Made by a program: the position numbers and the translations under genes
NCBI RefSeq assembly: GCF_036321535.1
Contig: NC_087437.1
Span: 22,632,001 to 22,696,000 of the forward strand
Source: Camelus dromedarius
Lineage: Eukaryota
Reading direction: 5' to 3'
DNA length: 64,000 nt
Part shown: piece by piece, positions 13,851 to 26,880 of the stretch
Layout: every line of letters begins with the position of its first letter
Position numbering within the stretch: position 1 is the first letter of the stretch
Notes under the pieces: generated by a model
Told to the model about the DNA's origin: nothing
What the model saw: only the letters and a program-made list of their open reading frames with translations
Databases searched by the model: none

Positions 13851-14799
13851 CTTTATCAGGTAAAAAGATTATCACACACATTGTTAATTTTTTGTCCCAC
13901 AGTACATCATTAGATTTGTGCTGACCTCTGAATATTCTGAATATAGTCTGTGACACATCTCTTCAGTGGGTAAGCTACTTGTCCATGAATAAGCTGTAAC
14001 ATAAGTATGTTCAAATAGTAGGCAGGGAGAGGTGAATGGACATTTTTGCAGCCAGAGTTTTAAAAGGTATTGACCCAGTTAATTAAAGAATATCTTCATA
14101 GACTGGGAAAAAAAATCCACTCCCTTTCTAAAATGCTTGAGGGAAATACTCTGGGAGGATATGGTTGATTGGAAATGTAGTAACCGAGACAGAGATGTCT
14201 TTCCTTAATTCTAAAGGAATCCATCATTGCAAAAGAATCCAGCTTAAAATATAAAGGAATCATTCCAGTGCCTTAAGATTGGACTTACTGCATCTGTGGG
14301 GCTTTTTAATAATCACTTGAGGTTTGACATGAATCATAGACGATTTTAAATATAAGAGATCCTCACCCCTACAAAAAGTCCTGAGTGAATGGAAAAGAAA
14401 TGAATAGTTAGAAAAAAAAAGCGGCCTTCCTAATTACGGGGCAAACAACAATAAAGGCCTAGAGTTTTAACATGACAAAGAGAAAAAAAACCTTAATTAA
14501 CACTTTCTGGCACATAGCAGATATTCAATAAATATTTGTTGTCTAATAAACAGGGATAAAAAAAATTTCTGAGTACTTTGAGAAGAGGATACAACAGTCT
14601 AAAATCTTATCTTTATTTGTAACCAAGGTAGCTCAAACATAGACTGCATTTCCAAATATAAATGTGAACAGTGAAGAAAATCTACATTATAAAATGCTTT
14701 CTCTACAAGTGCTACTTAGGGCATCAATGGAACCATTGTTACATTTTAAAAACCAACTTCAATGACCTGGTGTTGTGCCATTTGAATTATAAACATTTA

Positions 14800-15362
14800 G
14801 ACCCAGCAATTCCACTCCTAGGTTTATATTAAAAAAAAAAAACACACATTAATTTGAAAATATACATGCTCCCTAACATCCATAGCAGCATTATGTATAA
14901 TTGCTAAGATACAGAAGTAACCTAAGTGTCCAACAGCAGATGAATAGATAAAGAAGATGTGGTATATAAATAAATAAACAAATATATAATGGAATACTAC
15001 TCAGCCATAAAAAAGAATGAAATTTTGCCATTTGCAGCAATATGGATGGACTTGGAGGACATTATGCTAGGTGAAATAAGTTACATAGAGAAAGACAAAT
15101 ACTGTATGATATCACTTATATGTGGAATCTAAAAAATACAACAAATTAGTGAATATAACAAAAAAGAAGCAGGCTCACAGATATAGAGAACTCGTGGTTA
15201 CCAGTGTTGGGGGAGGGACAATACAGGGATGGGGTGTGGAAGGTACAAACTACTGGGTATCAGACAGGCTCCAGGATGCATTGTACAACACAGTGAATAT
15301 AGCCAATATTTTGTAATAACTATAAATGGAAAGTAACCTTTAAAATTTTTTTAAAATTAAAA
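14800..15362 (+). mobile_element. 5'-truncated LINE-1 3' end
   Basis: gacccagcaattccactcctagg...aatggaatactactcagccataaaaaagaatgaaattttgccatttgcagcaa...A-rich tail. Confidence 0.9.
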
Positions 15363-16019
15363 TATATCTCTATCCATGCATTAGCCTATGAGGACCAAAG
15401 ATTCTCAGCCCACTCTTTAGGTTTGACACTTGTTTCTCTCACTATTATTAGATTACTCTTAGTGAGTCATACTCTATTTACTACCAAGTGAAAAGGCTTC
15501 TGCCTCTCTCCTGCCAAAATTTTATGGCTAGCAGGGCTCATCATCCATAACAAATTATATCTTGGCTTCAAATTTGTACAGTAAAGAAAAAAAGAAAGCC
15601 GTGAAAATAAAACAGATTAATTTACTGAATGCTTTCCCTTCACAGAGGAAGAAAACGCTTTCAACAATAACCCGACTTGGGCTCTTAATTTTACATGCCA
15701 CTATGAGGTCTGTTAGTATTGGATTGTTTGTCTATGTCAATAGATTCAATCATTGAGCTAACATTAATTAGGCATATTTATTGATGCCCGTTTTGTGTCA
15801 GGCACTGTCCAGAGTAGTCACCATGTCCCCATGCCTGTTAAGCCAAATTTATCATCATGCTTCCATACATTTCCTGCACAAATTTTATTTCTTCTCCATA
15901 TTCTTCTATATCTTATGCTGTCCCTTAAAGTTATTTTTAAGTTTCCAGTTATTAATTAGTGGAGCTGTAATTAAACAATTAACAGAAGACAACAATACTT
16001 CTAAGGACTGTGGCTATTC

Positions 16020-16810
16020 TGGATGAGGTGCTCAGGATAGACTGTGAACAAAACAACATGGTGCTGTCCTCTTGGGAGTTGACTACTTCTGCTGAGGATG
16101 CTAAGAAAATGACAACATCAATGATGGAGAACAACTTGAAGTAGGAGAATGGAAGGAGGAATCAAGTAAAGCATTGTTTAAGCTGAGATCTGAAAAATGG
16201 AAAGGGGGATATCATGTGAAGATCTGGAAGGGAATCATTGCAGGAAAGAAGACCAGCAAGAACAAAGGCCTTGAGGCAAGGAGTACAGCGTATTCTAGGA
16301 TCTTGACGGAAGTGGCGCAAAATGGATGAAGGGGAGAGAGGGGTGAGGTGAACTTAGAGAGGAAGGCAGAGCCTTGCCAGCCATGGTAAGGTGTTTGGAT
16401 TTCATCTGATACATAAGAGAAGCCACAGGAAAATTTAAAACAGAAGTGAGGAGTTAGGTGGTCTGAGTTACATTTTCAGGAGATTGCTGTAGCTGCTGAG
16501 AGGAAGTACAAGGTCACAAAAGAGGTCCTCACCATATCTAGGTGAAGAATGATTTGCTTCAACTTGGGTATTGGCAGGGAGGATGGAGAGCAGAGAAGAT
16601 TAGAGACATATTTAGAAGGGAGAAATGACCTCGCTTAACTCCTGATTCATTAAGTTCGGGGATAGAGGTATGGAAAAATCAAGGGTGATTGTCAAGGTCT
16701 AGTCTTAACAACTGAGTGGATTATGGGTCCAATGACAGATATGGTGAAGATATTTTGCAGGGAGCTGGTGATGGTGAAATGGTTGAAGTGTTTTTTGGTC
16801 ATGTAGCATA
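16020..16810 (-). mobile_element. L2 fragment
   Basis: Purine-rich reverse L2: agaccagcaagaacaaaggccttgaggcaagg, ccatggtaaggtgtttggattt. Confidence 0.65.
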
Positions 16811-16829
16811 CACAGTGTCTGGTCCTCTC

Positions 16830-17720
16830 CTTGTAATTTGAAGGTCATCCATAATCTGATTGCTGCCTACGTATTTAGATTCATCTCATTCCCTTCTCTT
16901 GCCTCTTAATGTATGTGATACCAACTCTTAACTCTCTCTACCACCAGGCAGTCCCCTACCTCCACACCCCTGCTCATGGTCTTCCCTCTGTCTAGAATGT
17001 CCTCCCTTCATCACCTAGCCAACTCCTTCTAATGTTTAAAAGTTATCTTATACATACTATAATCTAGGTAGAGTGCTGGCACAAGGTCAAGGCTCTTCAA
17101 ACATTAACTCTCCTTACTCCTGTCCCTGTGTCTGTCCTCTCCACTGGTCCAGGATTCTTTGAGTGTAGGGACTATGACTTTGTATCTGTGAATCCTAAAA
17201 CTCCTGGACACATAGGAGACATTCAAAAAACACATAATAGATGAAATTCAGACTCTTTGAGACTGCATACATTACCTTTACTGGTCCATAAGGCCCCTCC
17301 CCTCTCATCACCTCCCATTCCTCTCTCATCCACTCATGTGTGTCATCTCCCCAATTCACCTCATTGTGACTTCTTGCCCCCAGAATATTCTTACCTTAGA
17401 GGCCCTCTTCTTCTGGAGTTCTCTGTTTTGTTGATCCTTCTATTTGCCTTTTCCCAACTTGGAAACTCCTACCATTACTTATCATTCAGAATCAACAGAA
17501 ATATAATCTACTGTCTGTACCTGGCCAATCTCCCTGCATTGTACCTCTCAAGGATTACACCTGTGTACATACTTCTATTATAATGTTTCCTCTTGTATGA
17601 TAGTTATGTGTTCTGTGTGTTTTCTCTTCTATCCTGTGAGCTCCTTAGGTATGAAGCCTGGTATTTATCTCTGTACCTTGTTCTTTAAACTATATCACAT
17701 ATAGCAAGTGGTTAATTACA
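16830..17720 (+). mobile_element. L2 fragments (two 3' segments)
   Basis: gctcatggtcttccctctgtctagaatgtcctccc and tgagctccttagg...tttatctctgtacc, both L2-like. Confidence 0.45.
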
Positions 17721-18469
17721 TAAATGTGTTTGGAATTTAAGAGTACATGTTAAGGCCAAGTGGGGTGGCCTTATCTCATTCTGACAATCAGAACCAGAAA
17801 GGGGGTCACGAAGACTTCAGGGAGCATACTCACTTGTTGGACCACCTTTGAAAGAGAGGTATTTTGGGGACTTTGGCATGACTGTGTTAAGTCAAGAGCA
17901 AGGATTACTCTTATAACCCACCTCCCACCCTTCCTCAAACCTACCTTCTTTCTCTTGTAGCATCTAAACTCTTTTTTTTGTTTGCCATGATCTGGACTTC
18001 CCTTATGATGTAGACAGTCCATTTCCACATAGTCTGCCTTTCTGCACGGATTTACATCTAGGAATGAAGCATCTGGGATTTCTTTACAGCCTCTTTTTGC
18101 TTCCTCAGTTCCTACTCCCTGAAACATAAGTATGCTGGGCAAGTTCTAATCAGTCTCTGTACATCCTACTCTACATCTGACCTATAGATTAGAGCTTATC
18201 ACTCCCCACTCTGGACTATCAAGACATTTTGTACGTTCCTAACTTACAAGACATATCATCCATTAATAGTGCTGTGAGCACTGCAAGAGCAAGGGTTATT
18301 TTCAATTCATCTTTATATCTTCCTGGTCATCTAAATGCATACTGTAAGCACATAATAAATGATGGATGGATGGACAGAAGAAAAGATAGAGCCTTATAGA
18401 GTAAGCCAACTCCCCTCTCTCTGACCTCTACTAAACTTTCTAAAAAGTCAGCATGACTTAAAAAAAAAA

Positions 18470-18895
18470 ACTATTGGTTAAAATGCTATAGGTTGCAAGT
18501 GACAAAACACTAGACCCATATCAGTAATTTTTCAGTTCAGTCATTTTCATCTGATCAACATAGACTGGTTCCTTTGTGGTCACAAAATGGTTGCAACATC
18601 TTGTTCTGGCCTTTATATATAGACACAACAACCTTCAAAGCGGAAGGGGCTATATCTCTTTAGGAGAGAGGAAATCTCTCCCAGAAGCCCTGTAGAGACT
18701 TCCCCGACAAGCCTCATTGGGTAGAACTAGATCACATGTCCAACCAACCTCTGGCAAGGAACCTACTCATACCTATGAGGATTTACTCTTGAACTAGGGA
18801 AGAGGTCACCACCTTCATGAGGGTATTGGGTGGATGCCTAACAAAATGGGTGTTCTGGTAGCAAGGGGAAGGAAAAGAGGATGCTGGGTAGGTAT
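18470..18895 (-). mobile_element. MLT1-family (MaLR) LTR
   Basis: ggttgcaagtgacaaaac is the reverse of the MLT1 3' end; also cctcattgggtagaactagatcacatg. Confidence 0.6.
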
Positions 18896-20989
18896 TTGTT
18901 CCCCAAGTCAAAGTTCCCAGTTGATTCCCTTATTCAAAATGCATCTCCAAACAGGTTTGAGTCTGAGTTCTACTGCTCCTTCCTGGGCCTGTGCAAGGTC
19001 TATAAAGGGATGAAGACAGTAATCCTGCTTGTTATGAGTCCTCACTTCATTCCCTCTGTTTCAATTCTCCTACTCCACAGTTTGTTCTCGCTCATCTTTC
19101 CACCTGCAGGCTCAACCTCATAATGTGTCCTCAGCCATACTTCTGAGCCAAGAAGTGCTCTAATATACCTGTCTCCCTCTAATATCAAGTATTCTTATTG
19201 TTAAGATGATTTGGGATGCAGTGCCCTACAAAGAACATGAGACTCTTAAGATGTGAAAGTCACCCTTGCTATACTCCTGACCCAGGGTAGGTCCTTAGTG
19301 CCCAAAGTTGCTCTCAGCTCTCCATATCCATTGCCCTTTTCTGAGGAGACCTTCCTGTGTCTTTTGCCTTGGTCATCTTTGAATGAAATCATTCCTTTCT
19401 GAGTGGTAATATATCCCCGTGATCTGTTTTCTTCTATCACTCTCCAACTGTCAGAGGATGTGAGACATCGCTTGAAATTGTGCTCCAGTGGCTCCTTTAA
19501 GCACTTCTCTTGCCTGCCATCTGTTCAGCTACAGTAATATGTCCAGGAATTGCCTTGATGTCTTAGTCTGGTTTGCTCTCGGTGCACGACCTGCCCAACA
19601 GAGTTTATTTACATGGCTTCTGTTCTTGAGGATTGGATCCGCTCCAGAAACCCTGTGTTGGTTACTGACTAGGAGCTGTCACTTGATGTTTATTGGACCA
19701 TGTGTCACTGATTCAGAGGATGAATTTGACGACGACAGAAGGCCCAGATCTCATACTTCAAAAGCTAAGCACACTGTGCCATGAATTTAAAATACATCAC
19801 TTTGTCTGAAACTTGGTGGCAGTTTATGTCTCTCTGTCAAAAATCCCCAAGTCCCTTAATTTGGCCTCCTAAATTGTATTTTGTATTTTATTTGCAAATA
19901 TCTTAATTTGTATTTAAACTGCAATCCAATCATGGACAAATAGAGAGTTTACAAAGAAAAGTGGGACAGCTCTTCATCACTCTCTCCTTATGTGACAGAG
20001 ATATCTCAAGTTCCACTAACCTCTTTTCTCATAAATGAAAGTGTATGTTTATGGTATTAACCTCAAAGAAAGAGCTTTATGCAAAACTACATTCAGCTGC
20101 ATGTATGAATATCTTAGACAGACCCGTGGGAATTATGAATGGGGATTTGAGGACAGCCTCTGACCACTTTGATTTTAACTTCTCATCAACAAAGCCTTCA
20201 CTTAAATGTTTAATGTCCAGTTTTACAACAGATAAATCCATGCTTCAATAGAATCCACCTAAATACTTCATTAACTTCATCCCTGGCCATACCTCCTGTG
20301 CAATTCTTGGCAAAGAGACAGGCAATACAGCTGGCAGATCCAAGAGGTCTAGCTGTAGAAACAATGAGGACATAGTGGTCATCTGCTTGGACCAAAACTG
20401 AGAAACTACCCAGGATGCAGATCTAGCCATGGACTGTGGACAGAGGACAATGAAATCCAGATGCCCTGACTTTCCACCAACACTGTGACTCCTGGAACTT
20501 AGAGAATCCCCAAGAAAAGAGAAAGAGAACACCTTGAACTGACTGGGGATGACTTGGATTGACTAATTCAAATCTTGAATTGATTGAGATTAATTTAAGT
20601 CAAGATTTTTTTTTTTGCTTCCAGGCATAATGGTGATTTGAATTACAGGAAATAAAGTTACATGGCTTATATACCTGATTTTTTTTAAACAAATTATATG
20701 TGATCTATAATTTATGGAAAAAGAAAAGAAATACATAAAAATCCCAGAATAGTAGAATTATGTCTTATTTTTATTTCTTCTTTATATATTTTTATTCTAA
20801 ACATTTTTTAAGAAGCATGTGGACTTCAATATTAGAAATAAAACTATTAGTTACAAAAGAAAGAAGAATTTGATGTAAGTAACCAGTTTGTGAGCCTCAG
20901 AGAAATAAAACATCAAGAGAAGATCCTATCTAATCTCTTCCCACTCTGTAAGCTGATTAGAGACCCCATGAACACTTCTGTCCCAGGAA

Positions 20990-21500
20990 GTAACAGAATG
21001 TGGTCCATCACCCTAGGCCCTTTCCTTCCTGTGTTGCCAGAAGAATCCAAAGTTTGTTCAGGTGACTTCCCTCAGAGCACTCTGAGTGAGAAAGGCCTTA
21101 CACCATCCCCACCCAGGGGTGATGTAGGACAATCTAAGTCAATGAAACACGAGGGGAAATCTGCTGGGGGTGGGTGGATATTGTGGAAAATGTTTCTTAG
21201 CTCTTAAAAGGACACTCAAGGTGGAGATAATCCCTGTTCCCACTTTTGGATGTCTGTGTATGAGAAATAGCTGCCTAGAAATGTTTTAGCTATTGTCCAA
21301 CCTAACAGCTATTGTGAAGAAGGGAGTTAGCTTGATAGGAGGAGTCTGGAGGTGGCAGAGCAAAAGCATCAGAGGAAACTGGCCTAGATTTAAGTTGCTC
21401 AGTTAACCAACTGGAAGAATTCTAGACATTAGGTTATTTGAGACAATAAATCCACTTATTGTTCAAAGCATTTTAAACTGGTCTTATTTGTTTGATTTTT
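20990..21500 (+). mobile_element. MLT1-family (MaLR) LTR
   Basis: gaggggaaatctgctgggg...gagacaataaatccacttattgttcaaagc resembles the MLT1I/J 3' part. Confidence 0.55.
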
Positions 21501-21706
21501 ACTTTTACATGATGTACATACTTAGCACATGGTACAACCAATAATGACTCATTTACTTGTTTTCCACCTTCCATAAGTCCTTCCCTCATCTTTCCCTGCA
21601 TCATGACCATCTTGAGAACACAGACCATGTATTATTTTTTCATCTTTGTATAGCTGACTCAGGGCTATGAAAATGTAAGTGCTCAATGGACTTATGTTGA
21701 ACAAAA

Positions 21707-22103
21707 ATTATTCAGCCATAAAAAGGAGTAAAGTTCTGACACATGCTACAACATGCATGGATGAACCCTAAAAACATTAATGCTAAATTAATATGCCAGA
21801 TACCAAAGAACAAGCATTATGTGATTCCACTTACATGAAATATCTAGACTAGGCAAATTCATAGGGACAGAAAGTAGATTAGAGGTTACCGGCGGGGCTT
21901 GGAGGAGAGGAGAATGGGGAGTTATTGCTTAATGGTTACAAAAGTTCCTATATGGTGAGTTGAAAATGTTTTGAAAATAAATAGTGATAATGGTTGTACA
22001 GTGTAACATTGGGAATACAATTAATGCCACTGGATTATATACTTTAAAATATTTAAAATGGTAACATTCAGTTTACATATATTTAACCACAATTTAAAAA
22101 AAA
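21707..22103 (+). mobile_element. L1MB-like 3' end
   Basis: attattcagccataaaaagg...acacatgctacaacatg...ggcaaattcatagggacagaaagtagattagaggttacc...ending in an A tail. Confidence 0.8.
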
Positions 22104-23549
22104 GAATGAAGGAACATTGTCCCTACTACCTCCACTCATGGGTCTCATACTCAGAATGGCCCCAAGGAGGATTTTGAAAAGGACCGGGAGTAGGGGAGAG
22201 CAGGCTTATGGTCACAAGGCTGTAGAAACCCTTTTTTTAGAGGTTCACAATTCAGAGGAAGGAATGAAGGGGGAGAACTGGTCTCCTTTTGGTCCTCCAT
22301 TTGTAAGGGCCCAGGATCCACTGTAACCATTTGTGACAGGCATTTTGATCCCAGGACAAATCATCCAATGAGGTACTCTGAGAGAAGGACCAAACTGGAG
22401 CCAAAGGTGTAAGCAGCTGTCCAGTGGAAACAGAGACCACAAAAGTCCATCTACTGGAGTCAGTAATACTCACAACCATTAATTGTTCATATATTTCTAC
22501 AATTTTATTTTTCAGTATTAGGAAGGATGCTCTATTTTCATTCACTCAACACTTAACTACCTCTGAGCATTAGTTTAAATTTTTGCTAATTTAGTAGAAA
22601 AACACACAGAATCATGATAGCTATTACCACTGCAGGCCAATGAGATGCTAAAAGGAAAGGCTGAGGTCTCAGCCCCTCATGTAACGTGCTCAGAACTAGT
22701 CCAGTTTCTCCATGGGAACACCGTGGGAGCTGTGAGCTGTCTCCAGCAGAATGCCTTTCCCTCCTGCCTTGGCTGCAGCCTCCATTCCAGGGCAGTGATG
22801 ATAAGGAACGAAGTATCTGTGGCCCAGCCTCCTACATGCTAAATCCTGGGGAGCTGGCACAGCATATTCCACAGGTGCTGCAGAAGTGAGCATTTTGGTA
22901 TCCTTCTCTCCTGTTATTCCTTCTCATCACTAAGCCTCTTTGCAAAAGGATTTTATTCTCTGCGACACCTAAATCTGTTTTAGTGGTGTGATTATTTCTA
23001 AAATTATTATGCAATATTTAACCTATTCAAAAAGAAATAATAAATAAACCAACACACAACTATAGTAAATATATACTCACCCAGCTCAGAAATAACATGT
23101 TGTCAAGACAGTGGAAGGTCCCTCTTTAATCACGTCTCCAATCTCTTTAATGTTCAAGAAACATAAACACTAGGAAATTATTCTACATTTGCTCATTAAT
23201 TCATGTGTGCTTTCATTCAACTAATTTATCAAGAGTCTAGTGTATGCAAACATCATGGGAACAGCTTGTCTAACCTCTATTCACCATCCTATATTATAGG
23301 CCCCAATTTTCCTACTTTGTATTCAGTTAAATAGCAAACAATTGCCATCTTTAGGATAATAACACTTCATACTGCAAAATACCATTAATAAATTGTCTTT
23401 CTTCTCATTTCTAATATCATGAACCTTAGTCTCTATAGTCTTCCATTTCAAAGTTCATTCTTCAACCTTCTAATTAATCTTGTTTTCCAATGTTCTCGTG
23501 TCCTCCCATGTATATGTGTTATTACACTAATTAGTACCTAGGTAATAAT

Positions 23550-23780
23550 GTTAGTGTCAGCACTTAGCACTTACTGAGTGCTGATTTCGTTCTGGTTATG
23601 TTATATACAGGTACTATCTCTAATCATCACAAATCATAAACCTGCTGGGGAGGTTTGTGGATGAACAGACCCTATTATGGAGCGATTCAGTAATGTGTTC
23701 AAGTTACATTGGTGACAGAGCTGGAAGATGAATTAAAACTTAGGTAACATAGCCATGCTTTTTCCTCTACTCCCCTTCTC
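23550..23780 (-). mobile_element. MIR
   Basis: agcacttactgagtgct...taatcatcaca...caagttacattggtgacagagctgg. Confidence 0.5.
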
Positions 23781-25240
23781 TAAATGACTAAAGAAAACCC
23801 CAGGTGAAGTATCTTCTGGCTAAGTCATAACAAAGACGATAAGATTGTGCATTGCGTTGTCACCCATACTTTGGTAAACATGCATCAATTCAATCTGGCT
23901 ACAGCCCAACTGAATCCATTTAACAAATGACAATAAACAGTGTACTCAAATACTTGCTTTGGGTAGAATGAAGGGTCTATTCACTAAGACATAGAATGCA
24001 GTCCCTGACAAAATCAACATTAATACCTGTGAGAGCCACACTTCTTGCCCTGTTGGAAAAATAAAAATGAAAATAAACTCTCTTCTTTCTCCTCATTCCT
24101 CAAAGAGAAAGTAATCACTTTTGAGGATCAACTACCTAAATGAAAATCTTAATAATGATTAAAGCTTCTGCAATCAATGATGTGAAGCAGAAAAGTCAAC
24201 AATAGATTCCTAAAGTCCTCAAATAAAAGAACTCCTGCCCTTTAAGGAACTCCAGGAATTATTCAAGTCATTTTTGTTCAGCCCTGGAATCCTAGATTTA
24301 AAAGATATGCTATTCCAAATGAACCTATTTACAAAACAGAAAGAGACTCACAGGCACAGAAAACAAACTTATGGCTGGCAGCCAAGATGGCAGAGTAGAA
24401 GGAGCCAGAGCTCACCTCCTCTCACAAAGACACCAAAATCACAACCATTGATAAAAAAAAGACTGGAAAAGATCTTCCATGACTAAAGACATAAAGAAGG
24501 AACCACAACAAGCCAAGTAGGAGGGGTAGACTCCCAATATTTTCAAATTCCACACTTCCCATGTGGCAACCCACAAACTGGAGAATAATTATATTGCAGA
24601 GTTTTTCCTATAGAAATGAGAATTCCACATCAGGCTACCCAGCCCAGGGAACTGGCACCAGGAAGAGGAGCCCCTGGAGTATTTGGTTTTGAAGGCCCAG
24701 TGGAGATTAATTGCAGGAGCTCCATGGGACTTGGGGGAAATAGAGAGTTCGCTCTTAAAGGATACACACAAAATCTCATGCTCACTGAAACCAAGGGCAA
24801 AAGCAGCAATTTTATAGGATCCTGAGCCAGGACTACCTGCTGGTATTGGGGATCTCCTAGGGAGGTGAGGAGGGGGTGGCTGTGGCTCATCCTAAGGACA
24901 CAGACATGGTGGCAGACATATTGGGGAGTATATATCTGTATTAACTCTCCTGGAGGCTCACATATTGCTTGGATCATTAGCACCAAGACCCAGCCCCACC
25001 CAACAGCCTGTGGGTGACAGTGCTAGGACACCTTAGGCCAAACAAATAACTGGTGGGGACACATCCTCACCCATCAGCAGACAGGCTGCCTAAAGACTTC
25101 CTGAATCCACAGTCACCCCTAGATATGCCCCTAGACACACTCTTATCCACCTGAGAGCTAAGACTCAGCTCTACCCACAAGTGGGCCGGCACTGAACCCT
25201 CATACCAGGAAGCCTGCACAGGCCTTTAAACCAGTCTCAT

Positions 25241-25254
25241 CCACCAGGGGGCAG
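25241..25254 (+). promoter_or_regulatory. CTCF core motif inside the L1 5'UTR
   Basis: CCACCAGGGGGCAG matches the CCASYAGRKGGCRS consensus exactly; binding untested. Confidence 0.45.
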
Positions 25255-25471
25255 ACACCAGAAGCAAGAAAACTGCGATTCTGCAGTCTGTGAAATGAGT
25301 ACAAAAATGCAGGCCAGATTTAACCCCAGGATTAGCTGGCCCTTGGGCAATAAGAAGGGAGTGCACTTTTGGGATGCCTAGGACATGTCCTACAGAAGGC
25401 CACTTCTCCAAGGTTGAGAAACATAACTAACCTACCACATACGCAAAAATATAAATAGAAATTTAGACAAA

Positions 25472-26358
25472 ATGAGGTGGCAGAGGAATATGTTACAGGT
25501 AAAGGAACATGATAAAATCCCAGAAGAATAACTAAGTGATGGGGAGATAAGCAATCTGCCCAAGAAAGAATTGAGTAATGATTGTAAAGATGATCAAAGA
25601 ACTTGGGAGGAGAATGGATGCACAGAGTTAGAAGTTAGAAATTTTTAACAAAGATTTAGAAAATATAAAGAACAATCAGAACTGAAGAATACAATAACTA
25701 AAATGAAAAATACACTAGAAGGAATCAATAGTAGATAAATGAGGCAGAAGAACAATCAGTGAGCTGGAAAAGAGTAGTGGAAAACACTACTGCAGAACAA
25801 AAAAAAGAAAAAATAATGAAAAGATATGAGGACAGTTTGAGAGATCTCTGGGACAACATCAGGCACACTAATACTCACATTATAGATGTCCCAGAAGGAG
25901 AAGAGAGAAGAGGCCTAAGAAAATATTTGAAGAGATAATGGATGAAAACTTCCCTAACCTGGGAAAGGAAACAGTCACCCAAATCCAGAAAGCACAAAGA
26001 GTCCATATAGGATTAACCCTAAGGACACACCAAGACTCAGTAGAATTAAAATGACAAAAAATTAAAGATAAAGAGAGAATATTAAAAAGCAACAAGGGAA
26101 AAGCAACAAATAACATACAAGGGAACTCTCATAAGACTATCAAACGATTTTTCAGCAGAAATTCTGCAGGCTTGAAGGGAGTGGCACAATATATTTAAAG
26201 TGAGGAAAGCGAAAAATCTACAACCAAGAATACTCTAACCAGCAAGGCTCTCATGCAGATTTGATGGAAAAAGCAAAAGCGTTATAGACAAGCAAAAGCT
26301 AAAAGAATTCAGCACCACAAAACCAGTTTTACAACAAATGCTAAAAGAACTTCTCTAG
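25472..26358 (+). pseudogene. L1 ORF1p remnant (multiple stops and frameshifts)
   Basis: atgaggtggcagaggaatatg... with segments homologous to the young ORF1 (gtcccagaaggaga, gaaaacttccctaac, gaagggagtggca); ends ctctag. Confidence 0.85.
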
Positions 26359-26880
26359 GAAAAAAAGAAAAGGCCACAACTAGAAACAAAATTATAAAAT
26401 GGAAAAGCTCACTGGCAAAGGCAAATATTCAGTAATGGTAGGAAATCATCCACACACAAACTAGCAGCAAGTTTAAAAGACAAAAGTAGTAAAATGATCT
26501 GTATCCACAAAAAGCACTTAAGGGATACACTAAACAACTAGATGTAAAATATGATATCAAAAACAGTAATTGTGAGGGGAGGAAAGTACAAATGCAGGGT
26601 ATTTTAAATGAATTTGAAGAGATCAGCAACTTAAAACAATGACATATATGTATGTTTTATATGTATATGTATACACACACACACACACACACACATACAC
26701 ACAAGTTGGTATACCAAAACCTCATGATAATCACAAATCAAAAATCTATAATAGATAAACACACAAGAAAGAAAAACGAATACAAACTTAACACTGAATA
26801 CAGTCACCAAATGATAGGAGAGAACAAAAGAAGAAAAGGGGGAAAAATCTGCAAAAAATAAATTCAAAACAATGAACAAA

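Noticed and set aside
19488..19784. 98-aa ORF with an acidic DSEDEFDDD patch, suggesting a processed pseudogene
   Set aside because: No recognisable protein similarity, non-ATG start, no poly(A) or TSD.
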